A program made the translations under genes and the position numbers. A stretch of 49,116 nucleotides of DNA. Origin: Candidatus Thorarchaeota archaeon. GTDB lineage: Archaea > Asgardarchaeota > Thorarchaeia > Thorarchaeales > Thorarchaeaceae. Each line of letters starts with the position of its first letter. Within the stretch, counting starts at the first letter, position 1. The stretch lies in the NCBI GenBank assembly GCA_048882485.1, contig JBHLRP010000018.1, positions 1 through 49,116 on the forward strand, read 5' to 3'. Below the pieces are notes generated by a model, which was not told where the DNA came from, did no database searches, and was given only the letters and a program-made list of their open reading frames with translations. This document shows positions 1-9,155 of this stretch, one piece after another.

Positions 1-725
1 CCTCCGTGCAGCTCGCCCTCGCCGCCTAGAGGAAGAATGCCACCTCCATACCCATGCAGGACATTGCTCAGTACTCGTGCTGGATCATCGGTGCTCACAC
101 CTTTCTCATCAGTAGCCCATCCTAGAGGTATCTTCTTCCCGAGACGGTCATAGACCTCGAGCTTTCCGCGAGGCACTACGCTAGTAGCAAGATCCATCAC
201 CCAAGGGCGGTTTCGAGACCCTGGCACTGCAATGGAGATTGGATTTGTACCTAGAATGGCATCCTTGGCAAAGGTTGGGACAACAAGTGGCTCCGAGTTG
301 GTCAGTGATATTCCAATGAGGTCGTGTTCAAGAGCCTTCATGGCATAATAACCGGCGAAGCCATAATGGTTAGAGTTGAAGACGGTGACAAGCCCAATAC
401 CCTCCTTTTTCCCCTTGGCGATAGCGAGGTTCATCCCGAACATTCCGGCGTTCTGCCCTACGCCATTTCGAGCATCGACATTGGCGAGAACGCTATTCTC
501 TCTCACTATCTCTGGAGCGATATCAGGTATGATGTATCCATCCTTGATTCCTCCAACATACCTTTTGACTCGCCCCACTCCGTGGGAGTCGATGCCCCTC
601 AGATTTGAAGTCACAAGATTGTCGGCAACGTGATGTGCACTATCTTCAGGCACACCACATTTCATCATAACTCTCTTCACAAAGCTGTACAGATTTTCCC
701 AGTGTATCAGCCTCTCGTTCATCAT
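1..725 (-). CDS. Ldh_2 family oxidoreductase (malate/L-lactate/L-sulfolactate dehydrogenase-like); 3' end runs off the window
   Basis: Not in the ORF track. Manual translation from ATG at 725 gives MMNERLIHWENLYSFVKRVMMKCGVPEDSAHHVADNLVTSNLRGIDSHGVGR...NSNHYG...LGTNPISIAVP...MDLATSVVPRGK...LPLGG, open to base 1. DSHG, NxxHxG, GTNP and DxATS are hallmark Ldh_2 motifs. Confidence 0.9.
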   Translation of the reverse strand, partial: MMNERLIHWENLYSFVKRVMMKCGVPEDSAHHVADNLVTSNLRGIDSHGVGRVKRYVGGIKDGYIIPDIAPEIVRENSVLANVDARNGVGQNAGMFGMNLAIAKGKKEGIGLVTVFNSNHYGFAGYYAMKALEHDLIGISLTNSEPLVVPTFAKDAILGTNPISIAVPGSRNRPWVMDLATSVVPRGKLEVYDRLGKKIPLGWATDEKGVSTDDPARVLSNVLHGYGGGILPLGGEGELHG

Positions 726-801
726 AGAACCGCCTTGTAGATGATAGATAGACGAGAGCGTGTATTTCTGCGATAAAAGCGTCAGGTTTTGAACACCAGA
801 T

Positions 802-1317
802 TCAGACGTCCTCCGAAGAGCTGTCCCATGGAGTCCTGCGCGGAATCCAACGCGGAACGTTCTCAGCATATCGCAGATACTCATCACCGAATCGTTTCAC
901 AAGCCCTGGCTCCTCAGATTTGACGAAATAGAAATGGTTCACAATGAGGCAAAGAAGGAACCATAGGTATAGCCAGATTGACCCAAAGAGAATTGACTCC
1001 CCTAAGAGCACTAAGAGGACCCCTGTTATCATAGGGTTCCTCATATGACGATAGATTCCTTGAACGACCAGTTTCTGAGGGGGACTCCAAGGTGCGAGGG
1101 TTCCCTGTCCAATTCTATCAAACATCTTGATAGTAATTCCAAGAAGATACAGACCGCCAATTATCAGAAAAATGGATAGAAACACAGCTAGATAATTGAG
1201 TGGGAATAGCAATAGCCAGCTTGGAAGCCAACTGGTGAAAAACAGGACGACAATAGGCACCAGAATTGTCACAGCAATGGGTAGCATGTATGACTGCGCG
1301 TGTGCCCTTCTGCTCAT
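802..1317 (-). CDS. Isoprenylcysteine carboxylmethyltransferase / PEMT family membrane methyltransferase
   Basis: Hydrophobic helices plus GTLAPW..PQKLVVQGIYRHMRNPMITG and EEPGLVKRFGDEYLRYAENVPRW. Start moved to ATG 1317 (MSRR), which follows a GGGGAG RBS and avoids overlap with nadB. Confidence 0.85.
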   Translation of the reverse strand: MSRRAHAQSYMLPIAVTILVPIVVLFFTSWLPSWLLLFPLNYLAVFLSIFLIIGGLYLLGITIKMFDRIGQGTLAPWSPPQKLVVQGIYRHMRNPMITGVLLVLLGESILFGSIWLYLWFLLCLIVNHFYFVKSEEPGLVKRFGDEYLRYAENVPRWIPRRTPWDSSSEDV

Positions 1318-1330
1318 TCTCAGGACTCCC

Positions 1331-2932
1331 CTAATTATCATCGATTGGGAGTAGTCCCTTCTTCAACACGGTGTCAGTTGGGATATTCATCGTTTCTGGA
1401 TAGTCGCGATTGAAGTGAGCCCCACGACTCTCCTTACGCATGCGTGCCATCCTGATGATCAGCTCAGCAACAGTAGCGATGTTACGCAACTCAACGAGGT
1501 CTGGATTGATGACAAAGTTCCAATAGAACTCCTCAATCTCCTTGGCGATGAATTCGATTCGATTTCTGGCACGGATCAGCCTCTTGTTCGTCCTTACAAT
1601 ACCTACGTAGTTGACCATTAATCTCCTGACTTCATCCCAGAGATGGGAGATAACAACATGTTCGTCTGGATCAGTAGCTTCTCCCGGATCCCACGGTGAC
1701 ATTTCAACTATCTCAATCGGTTGCTTAATCTCCTCTGCAACAGCTATGGAGGCATTGTGGGCCATTACTGCACCTTCTAAGAGCGAGTTAGATGCTAGCC
1801 TGTTCGCACCATGGAACCCTGTACCAGCAGTTTCTCCGATGGCATAGAGACCTGCAACATCTGTCCGACCGTTTATATCAGCCTTGACGCCACCGCAGAC
1901 ATAATGCACGGCTGGCACAATAGGAATTGGTTCCTTTGTGATGTCTATGCCAGCCTGAAGACAGGTTTCATAGATAGCCGGGAATCTATCACGAATGAAA
2001 TCTGCATCTTTGAAGGAGATGTCTAAGTAGGCGTGGTCAGCACCAGTCTGCTTCAATACATTATCGATTGCTCTTGCCACGATGTCACGGGGTGCCAGCT
2101 CGGCATCTTCATGATGCCTATCCATGAATCGTTTGCCATCTGGACCAAGCAGAACGGCTCCCTCACCGCGCAACGCCTCTGAAATTAGGAATGAACGGAT
2201 TTTCGGATGAAATAAGATGGTTGGATGAAACTGAATGAACTCCAGATTAGTGATAGAAGCACCAGCGCGATAAGCCATTGCGATCCCATCACCAGTCGAG
2301 ATGTCAGGATTGCTTGTGTACAGGAACACCCTGCCTGCTCCGCCTGTGGCTAAGACAGTGACCTTGGCGATGAACCTGTCAACCATTCCTGTATTGATAT
2401 CGAGTACATAGGCGCCCATGACCCTTGCATTGCTCGTGAATAGGTTGACAGCCATGTGGTGTTCAAAGACCTCGATATTGGATTCCTTTCTGACCTTGGC
2501 AATGAGGGCTCTCTCAATGTCCGCACCGGTGTGATCTTTCACATGCAAGACCCTTCGATGACTGTGCCCACCCTCCATCCCTAGGTCGAGCTCATCACAT
2601 TCTTCATTCTCACAGAAATCTACTCCAAGGCCCATCAGTTCCTGTACAGCCGCAGGGCCTTGACGAACTATGTTCTCCACCACATCACGATGACACAGAC
2701 CTGCACCAACAGTGATTGTATCCTCTATGTGAGATTCAACAGAGTCTTCCTGGGACATGACGGCAGCAATTCCACCTTGAGCTTTGCTTGTTGCACTATC
2801 AACAAGGGTTGCTTTAGTCAGTAGATGGACTCTGCCATGCTTTGCTACTTTTAGAGAGAATAATAGACCTGAGATTCCTGTGCCAATCACTAGAAAGTCA
2901 CACTTGCGAATATCGCTCAAAGTGGCTGTCAC
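1331..2932 (-). CDS. nadB: L-aspartate oxidase
   Basis: FAD-binding VIGTGISGL, AQGGIAAV, EGGHSHRRVLH, QFHPT, LISEALRGEG, ELAPRDIVAR, HGANRLASNSLLE, ESRGAHF. Confidence 0.95.
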   Translation of the reverse strand: MTATLSDIRKCDFLVIGTGISGLLFSLKVAKHGRVHLLTKATLVDSATSKAQGGIAAVMSQEDSVESHIEDTITVGAGLCHRDVVENIVRQGPAAVQELMGLGVDFCENEECDELDLGMEGGHSHRRVLHVKDHTGADIERALIAKVRKESNIEVFEHHMAVNLFTSNARVMGAYVLDINTGMVDRFIAKVTVLATGGAGRVFLYTSNPDISTGDGIAMAYRAGASITNLEFIQFHPTILFHPKIRSFLISEALRGEGAVLLGPDGKRFMDRHHEDAELAPRDIVARAIDNVLKQTGADHAYLDISFKDADFIRDRFPAIYETCLQAGIDITKEPIPIVPAVHYVCGGVKADINGRTDVAGLYAIGETAGTGFHGANRLASNSLLEGAVMAHNASIAVAEEIKQPIEIVEMSPWDPGEATDPDEHVVISHLWDEVRRLMVNYVGIVRTNKRLIRARNRIEFIAKEIEEFYWNFVINPDLVELRNIATVAELIIRMARMRKESRGAHFNRDYPETMNIPTDTVLKKGLLPIDDN

Positions 2933-2979
2933 CTCTATGTTTGCAGCGCTTTCAAGCAGTTAAGTCATTTCCCCAGAGG

Positions 2980-4611
2980 CTAGGGCTCAGTCATGTACTC
3001 GTATGAGTAGTGTCTTGGAGGGACAAAGTTCTCCTTGATTGTACGTGGAGAAACCCAACGCATTAGGTTGATTCTACTTCCTGCCTTGTCGTTGGTTCCT
3101 GAAGCTCTCGCTCCTCCGAAGGGCTGTCTTCCTACGACCGCCCCCGTGGGCTTATCATTGACATAGAAGTTGCCTGCAGCATCGACCAGAATCTCACTGG
3201 CAAATTCTATTGCATCTCGATCCTTCGCAAAGATGGACCCAGTCAGAGCATATGGAGAGGTTTCATCACAGATACGGAGGGTTTCCTCGAACTTGTCATC
3301 TGGATAGACATAGACCGTGAGGACAGGTCCGAAGATCTCTTCCTTCATGGTCTTAAATTTCGGGTCTGAAGTCAAAGCGACAGTAGGAGCGATGAAGTAT
3401 CCTCTCGAGTCATCGTATGTTCCTCCTGAGATTATCTCAGCAGCTGGTGATTTGCGAACAAGTTCTATGTACTCGACGATTCTGTCAAATGCCTCTCTAT
3501 CGATGACCGCGTTCATAAACGTACTGAAGTCTTCAACATCACCCATCTTGACCTCATTGAGATTGGATACTAATCGGTCTCTCAAGATAGGCCACATGGA
3601 TTCAGGGATATACGTCCGAGAGGCCGCAGAACACTTCTGTCCTTGGTACTCGAAAGCTCCTCGAACAAGCGCAGTCGTAAGTTCGTCGATATCTGCTGAA
3701 CTATGTGCAAACACGAAGTCCTTCCCACCGGTCTCCCCTACAAGTCTAGGATAGGTCCGATATAAGTGGATGTTTTTCGCCACTTTCCTCCACATTGCCC
3801 TGAAAGTTCCAGTTCCACCTGTGAAATGGATACCTGCCAGCGCAGGGTGGTTTAACGCAGGGTTCCCGACCTCCGCACCTGAACCAGGAACGAAGTTGAT
3901 TACACCAGCAGGAAGACCTGCATCTAATAAGAGCTTCATGACATGATAGGCAGTATACACAGCTGATGAGGCAGGCTTCCACACAACGACATTACCCATC
4001 ATTGCCGGGGCTGTGGGCAGGTTCCCCATTATGCTCACGAAGTTGAAGGGACTGACCGCGAACACATAGCCCTCAAGCGGTCTATACTCAATGCGATTCC
4101 ATTCGCCAGGCACGGAAGATACCTGGTCCTTGTATATCTCCTGCATGTAGTAGGTATTGAAACGAAGGAAGTCAACTAGCTCATCTGCAGCATCGATCTC
4201 TGCCTGGTAGACATTTTTGCTCATGTCCAGCATGGCCGCAGCATTCAAGGTCGACCTGTAAGGCCCCGCAAGAAGCTCGGCTGCCTTCAGAAAGACTGCA
4301 GCTCTGTCAAACCATGGCTTCTTGCTCCAAGTCTTTCTTGCGTCTAGCGCAGCATCAATAGCAAGACTCACTTCTTCTTTGCCAGCCTTGTGATACTCAG
4401 CCAGAACGTGCCCATGGTCGTGCGGCATAACAGACTGACCAAGACTTCCTGTCCGAACTTCTTTTCCCCCAATAATCAGCGGGATGGCAAGCTTTTGGGC
4501 CTTAAGTTCTGTCAATTTCGACTTGAGTTCCTCTCTCTCCGGACTGCCCGGGAGATATCTGAGAACTTGCTCATTAGTTGGCTTCTGAATAACAAATTTC
4601 GTGCCCGGCAT
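2980..4611 (-). CDS. pruA: L-glutamate gamma-semialdehyde (1-pyrroline-5-carboxylate) dehydrogenase, ALDH4/PruA type
   Basis: SPFNF, FTGGT, GETGGKDF, FEYQGQKCSA (catalytic Cys), EEIFGPV, GNFYVNDKPTGAVVGRQPFGGARASGTNDKAG. Confidence 0.93.
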   Translation of the reverse strand: MPGTKFVIQKPTNEQVLRYLPGSPEREELKSKLTELKAQKLAIPLIIGGKEVRTGSLGQSVMPHDHGHVLAEYHKAGKEEVSLAIDAALDARKTWSKKPWFDRAAVFLKAAELLAGPYRSTLNAAAMLDMSKNVYQAEIDAADELVDFLRFNTYYMQEIYKDQVSSVPGEWNRIEYRPLEGYVFAVSPFNFVSIMGNLPTAPAMMGNVVVWKPASSAVYTAYHVMKLLLDAGLPAGVINFVPGSGAEVGNPALNHPALAGIHFTGGTGTFRAMWRKVAKNIHLYRTYPRLVGETGGKDFVFAHSSADIDELTTALVRGAFEYQGQKCSAASRTYIPESMWPILRDRLVSNLNEVKMGDVEDFSTFMNAVIDREAFDRIVEYIELVRKSPAAEIISGGTYDDSRGYFIAPTVALTSDPKFKTMKEEIFGPVLTVYVYPDDKFEETLRICDETSPYALTGSIFAKDRDAIEFASEILVDAAGNFYVNDKPTGAVVGRQPFGGARASGTNDKAGSRINLMRWVSPRTIKENFVPPRHYSYEYMTEP

Positions 4612-4688
4612 AGAAAGACCCTGATAGTATTAACTATTGTTAATGCACTTCTGTGCTATTAGAGTTTGCGAAGCTGGTAACCAGTACC

Positions 4689-5348
4689 TCAGCCCACTGT
4701 GGTCTTGCAATACTCACATGTGACCAACTTGCCGCTCTTCAACTGGTTGGCTTGAACTGCGTTGAACCTGCTTCCACACATTGGACAAAGCCAGACTTTC
4801 ACTTCAGCTGAAACCACTTCCCCACGAATTGCGTTCTGTACTCGTTCCACCCAAGTAACATAGGTAGCCTGGTCTATTGCACCAAATCCTTCAATGGCCT
4901 CATTCAGAAGTGGTTTTGCTTCATCAAGGCGTGCCATTCCGCGAAGAGCATTCGCAAGTCCAAATGCATTCCAAGCGGAATACCACTTGTCTGAGATGCC
5001 CCGTGCGATTTCCAGACCGGATTGAAAGAAGGTTGCGGCTGTGGAATAGTCCATCTTGTGAAGAGCAACTTCACCAAGGCCCCAATTCGCAGCAGACTGA
5101 TACCAAAGATTAGACATCTCAGCACCCTCGTCAAGGAGGTTCTTGTACAGTTTCTCAGCTTTCTTTAGATTGCGGGCATTGACTGTACAGTCTGCCATGA
5201 TCCGAAGAGCCTCAATCGCTTGGTCCACTCGTCCTTCTTTCTGGAACTTCTTTCGAGCTTTCTCTGCAGCCTTGATACATTTGTCAAAGTGGGATGATTG
5301 ATGATTCTGTACTGCCTCATGGAGTAGTTCTTCTGGACTTGGTGACAT
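4689..5348 (-). CDS. TPR-repeat protein with C-terminal zinc ribbon
   Basis: TPR-like helical repeats (ANWGLGEVALHKMDYSTA, NAFGLANALRGMARLDEA) followed by CPMC...CEYC. ATG 5348 is preceded by GGAGG and a TTTATAT box. Confidence 0.75.
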   Translation of the reverse strand: MSPSPEELLHEAVQNHQSSHFDKCIKAAEKARKKFQKEGRVDQAIEALRIMADCTVNARNLKKAEKLYKNLLDEGAEMSNLWYQSAANWGLGEVALHKMDYSTAATFFQSGLEIARGISDKWYSAWNAFGLANALRGMARLDEAKPLLNEAIEGFGAIDQATYVTWVERVQNAIRGEVVSAEVKVWLCPMCGSRFNAVQANQLKSGKLVTCEYCKTTVG

Positions 5349-5398
5349 GGACCTCCAATTGAAAAGAAATGATATAAAGCACATGCAACGGGTCGGCG

Positions 5399-7756
5399 TC
5401 ATCTATGGACTGTTGCAATTACATTAGTGGAGAGGGGCATAATTCTAATGTAAGGCGAAACGGGATCTTTTGCTCTGTCTATAATAACCCCGCCGAAAGC
5501 CTTCACCATAGGGAGGGCAAAGTGAGTAGGAACTTGTATGATTAGCTCCCTTGGAAGATTCTTCATGCCCACCTCAATCTGATGTTGATTGGTCGAAACG
5601 CCAACTTCGATATCCACTTCGCCATGACTCGTTGGGAGTGATTTCACTGTCAGAGGTATTGACGATGTATACCATTCATCTGAGATACCAGGAAGAATGA
5701 CAAGGTCCTCACCATCTTCGGACAATATCATCTCTCGAACGAGCAATAAAAGATCAACAGCTGCCATTAGACTACATCCATCACCATCACCCCCTCCTGA
5801 TGTTCGGATGTTCACGAATTCCGGAAGAGTATAAAATTCTGAAGCGAAGTCTGCCACTCTCTTCAAAATCTGAAGAGTAGCAAACTCATCCTTTCGAAGG
5901 ACATGGTAATGAGCGAGTCTGAGTCCCAAATGACCAGATACTCTGCCATCGGGCTCGGGGAGCTGGATGAGATGCTTTGAGACCAGACTATGCACTGAGG
6001 CGATTATTGTTTCGACAAAATCAGTTGATACTAGATTGCCTCCCAGAAGTACAATTGCATCGAGCAGGTTCAACGCATCTATTTGCCCGGCAGGAGTTGT
6101 AAACACATCCCCATAAGCCAGTCGCTCTACATTCTCAGACACAAGCGACATGTATCGCACCACGGCTTCGCTAATAGATTCGAACCTCTCCTTGTCACCT
6201 AGAGTGTCGTAAGCGTTGCTAACGAGTACAAGTGCAGACAATCTCCAGAGGGCGTCAGATAGATCGATGAGTTGCCAAGGCTCTTGGGATTTGGGAGGTT
6301 CAGGTTCTGGCTCCAGAGGCTCTTCAGATGTTTCTTGGGAAGCCTCAAGTAACTCAGCCACTCCAAGAAACTCTCTGTCTTCAGGTGTGAGAATCTCCGT
6401 AAAATCCTCAGCTACTTGGAGCGGCTCTGTGACAGCTTGTTGCGCTTCAATTGTTTCTAGAATTCTTTTCGTCAAGTCATCCATGAAGGGTGAGATAGTC
6501 CCAAGGAATTCAACATCGTTGCTGTGAATATAGTACTGTAAGACTCCCCAAAGATACGGTCCAAAAACAGAGGAGTCAGCATCTGAAGAGACCCGACTTG
6601 GTTTGCCGATAGCCAATGAGAGCTCTTTTGCCTGTCGGAGGTTTCCAGTTCTTGAGAGAGCTAGGAGAATGCGGGCTTTCTCACGCCAGCTTACATCAGG
6701 TGCATCCATTATAGTAGTTGCCGCTTTGATGGCTAATGTGGCCTTTGCTTGGACAACTAGCGGGTCCAAGCCTCTGTTTGGAAATCCAAAACTCGTCGTG
6801 CTGTCCATGAATTCAAACCAGTTGCCTACAGTGACATCTCGCATCTTTGTGCTGGCCGGAAAATCGACCATCTCATCTGACGTTCTGATAGGCTTTAAAG
6901 GACAAATGAAATAGAAGCGCCTTGAAGCAGCTGGTGCTAATGTCACCTCATATCGCAGTACGGCTGTGGCTAGACCCTTGGCTGTGCTGAATTCTTTGTT
7001 CATTCGCTGCTTCTGTGTCATTATTGCTTCGGAGAGGTTCGGATTATCACCCGTCGACAGCACTACTGAGTTTGGTTGCACATCCACGCTGAATGCAAGA
7101 AAGCCATTGGCATAGAGCTTACGTTTCTCATTGTCAAACTCTAGGGTCTCTATTGGCTCAACGCCTCTTACGGACATTGGCCTGAGGACTGCATAGAAGG
7201 TGAAACTCGCTTCGGTTAGTGAATGGTTTTTCACTAGCACTTCATTAAAGACGGCTTCCTCTTTATTGTAACTGACATGATAGATGTGCCTGGAGAACTC
7301 GATAGGACCCCTGATTGCTTTCCACTCGAAAATCTGATCTTCAGGAGAAACTAGAGAAAGTCTTGGTCCATCGCGGTCCATGGTCGACGGGTAAATCAAC
7401 TCTCCGTTGACTTCTAGCCAGAAGTCCAAAGACCCACATTGAGGAACAGTAGTGACTAGACCACTCTCATCAGTCACTGCATAATACCTAGCACCAGGAT
7501 TTCCGACAATGGTCCAATTTCTGAGATGGTCATTCGAAACTCCAGTATCTTCAAACGGAGTCTTTTGCTTTTGTAGGCGGGCCCAAAGCGGCAACATCCA
7601 AGGCTCAGCAGCTGCGTATATACGACCATTGAGACCAATGCGCAATTGCTCAGCTTCGTCTTCGCGACCTAGTTCTTTGGGATCGATGGTCAGACGATTG
7701 TTTCTGGCGACTCGCCGCAATCGGTCCAGACTGTCATCATCGATCTTGTTGAACAT
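5399..7756 (-). CDS. Six-hairpin glycosidase-like protein (N-terminal beta-sandwich, (alpha/alpha) barrel, C-terminal beta domain); substrate unknown
   Basis: 785-aa ORF with a beta-rich N-half and helical centre. The C-terminal LPEF...GGGDGDG...LLVREMILSEDGEDLVILPGISDEW...LPTSHGEV resembles the tails of six-hairpin glycosidases. The CDS is solid; the function is tentative. Confidence 0.55.
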   Translation of the reverse strand: MFNKIDDDSLDRLRRVARNNRLTIDPKELGREDEAEQLRIGLNGRIYAAAEPWMLPLWARLQKQKTPFEDTGVSNDHLRNWTIVGNPGARYYAVTDESGLVTTVPQCGSLDFWLEVNGELIYPSTMDRDGPRLSLVSPEDQIFEWKAIRGPIEFSRHIYHVSYNKEEAVFNEVLVKNHSLTEASFTFYAVLRPMSVRGVEPIETLEFDNEKRKLYANGFLAFSVDVQPNSVVLSTGDNPNLSEAIMTQKQRMNKEFSTAKGLATAVLRYEVTLAPAASRRFYFICPLKPIRTSDEMVDFPASTKMRDVTVGNWFEFMDSTTSFGFPNRGLDPLVVQAKATLAIKAATTIMDAPDVSWREKARILLALSRTGNLRQAKELSLAIGKPSRVSSDADSSVFGPYLWGVLQYYIHSNDVEFLGTISPFMDDLTKRILETIEAQQAVTEPLQVAEDFTEILTPEDREFLGVAELLEASQETSEEPLEPEPEPPKSQEPWQLIDLSDALWRLSALVLVSNAYDTLGDKERFESISEAVVRYMSLVSENVERLAYGDVFTTPAGQIDALNLLDAIVLLGGNLVSTDFVETIIASVHSLVSKHLIQLPEPDGRVSGHLGLRLAHYHVLRKDEFATLQILKRVADFASEFYTLPEFVNIRTSGGGDGDGCSLMAAVDLLLLVREMILSEDGEDLVILPGISDEWYTSSIPLTVKSLPTSHGEVDIEVGVSTNQHQIEVGMKNLPRELIIQVPTHFALPMVKAFGGVIIDRAKDPVSPYIRIMPLSTNVIATVHR

Positions 7757-7952
7757 CAGCTCTGCCTCTAACCTAATGAGATTCTGTTCTGTTTGCTCGC
7801 ATCTACTGGCTATTAATGTATCAGGTAGATGCCCCCTTTGAAGGAGGTTGGGACTATAGATACCTAAGCCTTAATAGCGAAAATCTGGGGGTTGAACATC
7901 AGACAGGCAAAATCACTGGGGTATAGATGAATCTTCTTAGAGGGAATCTGAA

Positions 7953-9146
7953 ATGGCGGAAACACTTACCAAACCATCTCGTCGCATACGAAATATGGTG
8001 GCGAAGGAACTCCGCCTCATAGTCAAAGACAAGGTGGCACTCTTTCTCATTTTCCTACTGCCCGCAGCACTCATCGGTATGCTCTGGTGGGTGAGTGATA
8101 TGAGTGAAATTGGAGGAACCTCTCTGGGAGGGGGAGGTGGTGCAATGGGAGGAGGCTCTGGAGATGGCGGAGAGAATGAGACAGTAGAGGGCACCGGAAT
8201 TGTCCTTGGTATAATAGACCAAGACACGACACGTACCTACAGCGGAGAGGATTTGTCTGAGAACTTCACGGCATTTGTAGAATTAATAGTCGATGAGCTT
8301 GTGGTGTTCGACGATACTGAGGTTGCGTTCGATGCGTTATACAATCAGGAGATAGACGGTTTTATTGTAATACCGGATGGTTTTGAGAGAAACCTAACAA
8401 TAAACGAGCCTACTTACATAGAGATGCATGTGGACTCTACGGACCTTATTGGCCAAAGCATAGTCCAAGGTGTCGTTCAAGGGTCGATCATCGCATTCAG
8501 GGCATCCAAACTATGGATTATCTCAGAAGTATTCCCCAACGTGGTGACTGAGTTCGTTCCTGAGGGTTCAACCTTGATGGCTTCATTTGGAGGGTTCATT
8601 GTTGTCTTCTCATCTTACCTTGGAATTGCGATGACAGCAGCACAGAGCATTGTTGGAGACATTCCACTCAGGAGAATGCTTTTGACGCCCACGAATAGAC
8701 TGGAAGTAATTGTCGCCAAAGTGTTGGGCTATGTAGTTATTGGATTCTTCCAATCTCTTCTACTGATTTCTCTGTGGGTCATTGTCTTTGACCTCAATCT
8801 GAATACAGGATTCGAGTCCCTTGTAATAATAATGAGTCTCACGTCACTGACCGGCTCGACCACTGGAATCCTCATCTCTGCTGTGGCGGGCACTAGATTG
8901 CAGGCCAATCAGATGTTCCTATTCGTGATGTTCGCAACTGTGATTCTCTCGGGCTTCTTTATCGATGTGGGATTCCTAAATGAGATACTTCCGATGAATC
9001 TGGGACTGAATGTGTTAATAGCTACAGCATTCAAGGGGCTAACACTATTGGATGTCTGGCCATCCATAGTGACTCTATTGGGATTCACAGTCTTCGCTGT
9101 CTTAGCTGCATCGTTCATATTCTCCAAGAAACCAACTCTTGATTAG
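7953..9146 (+). CDS. ABC-2 type transporter permease (YhhJ-like, with extracellular domain)
   Basis: N-terminal KELRLIVKDK + TM, extracellular domain (GIIDQD...FIVIPDGFE...VDST), LRRMLLTPTNRLEVIVAKVLG, five further TMs, LSGFF. Confidence 0.9.
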   Translation: MAETLTKPSRRIRNMVAKELRLIVKDKVALFLIFLLPAALIGMLWWVSDMSEIGGTSLGGGGGAMGGGSGDGGENETVEGTGIVLGIIDQDTTRTYSGEDLSENFTAFVELIVDELVVFDDTEVAFDALYNQEIDGFIVIPDGFERNLTINEPTYIEMHVDSTDLIGQSIVQGVVQGSIIAFRASKLWIISEVFPNVVTEFVPEGSTLMASFGGFIVVFSSYLGIAMTAAQSIVGDIPLRRMLLTPTNRLEVIVAKVLGYVVIGFFQSLLLISLWVIVFDLNLNTGFESLVIIMSLTSLTGSTTGILISAVAGTRLQANQMFLFVMFATVILSGFFIDVGFLNEILPMNLGLNVLIATAFKGLTLLDVWPSIVTLLGFTVFAVLAASFIFSKKPTLD

Positions 9147-9155
9147 GTGAGTAAA

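Noticed and set aside
324-633. Two + strand ORFs (94 and 85 aa)
   Set aside because: Antisense to the Ldh_2-family gene, which has clear motifs.
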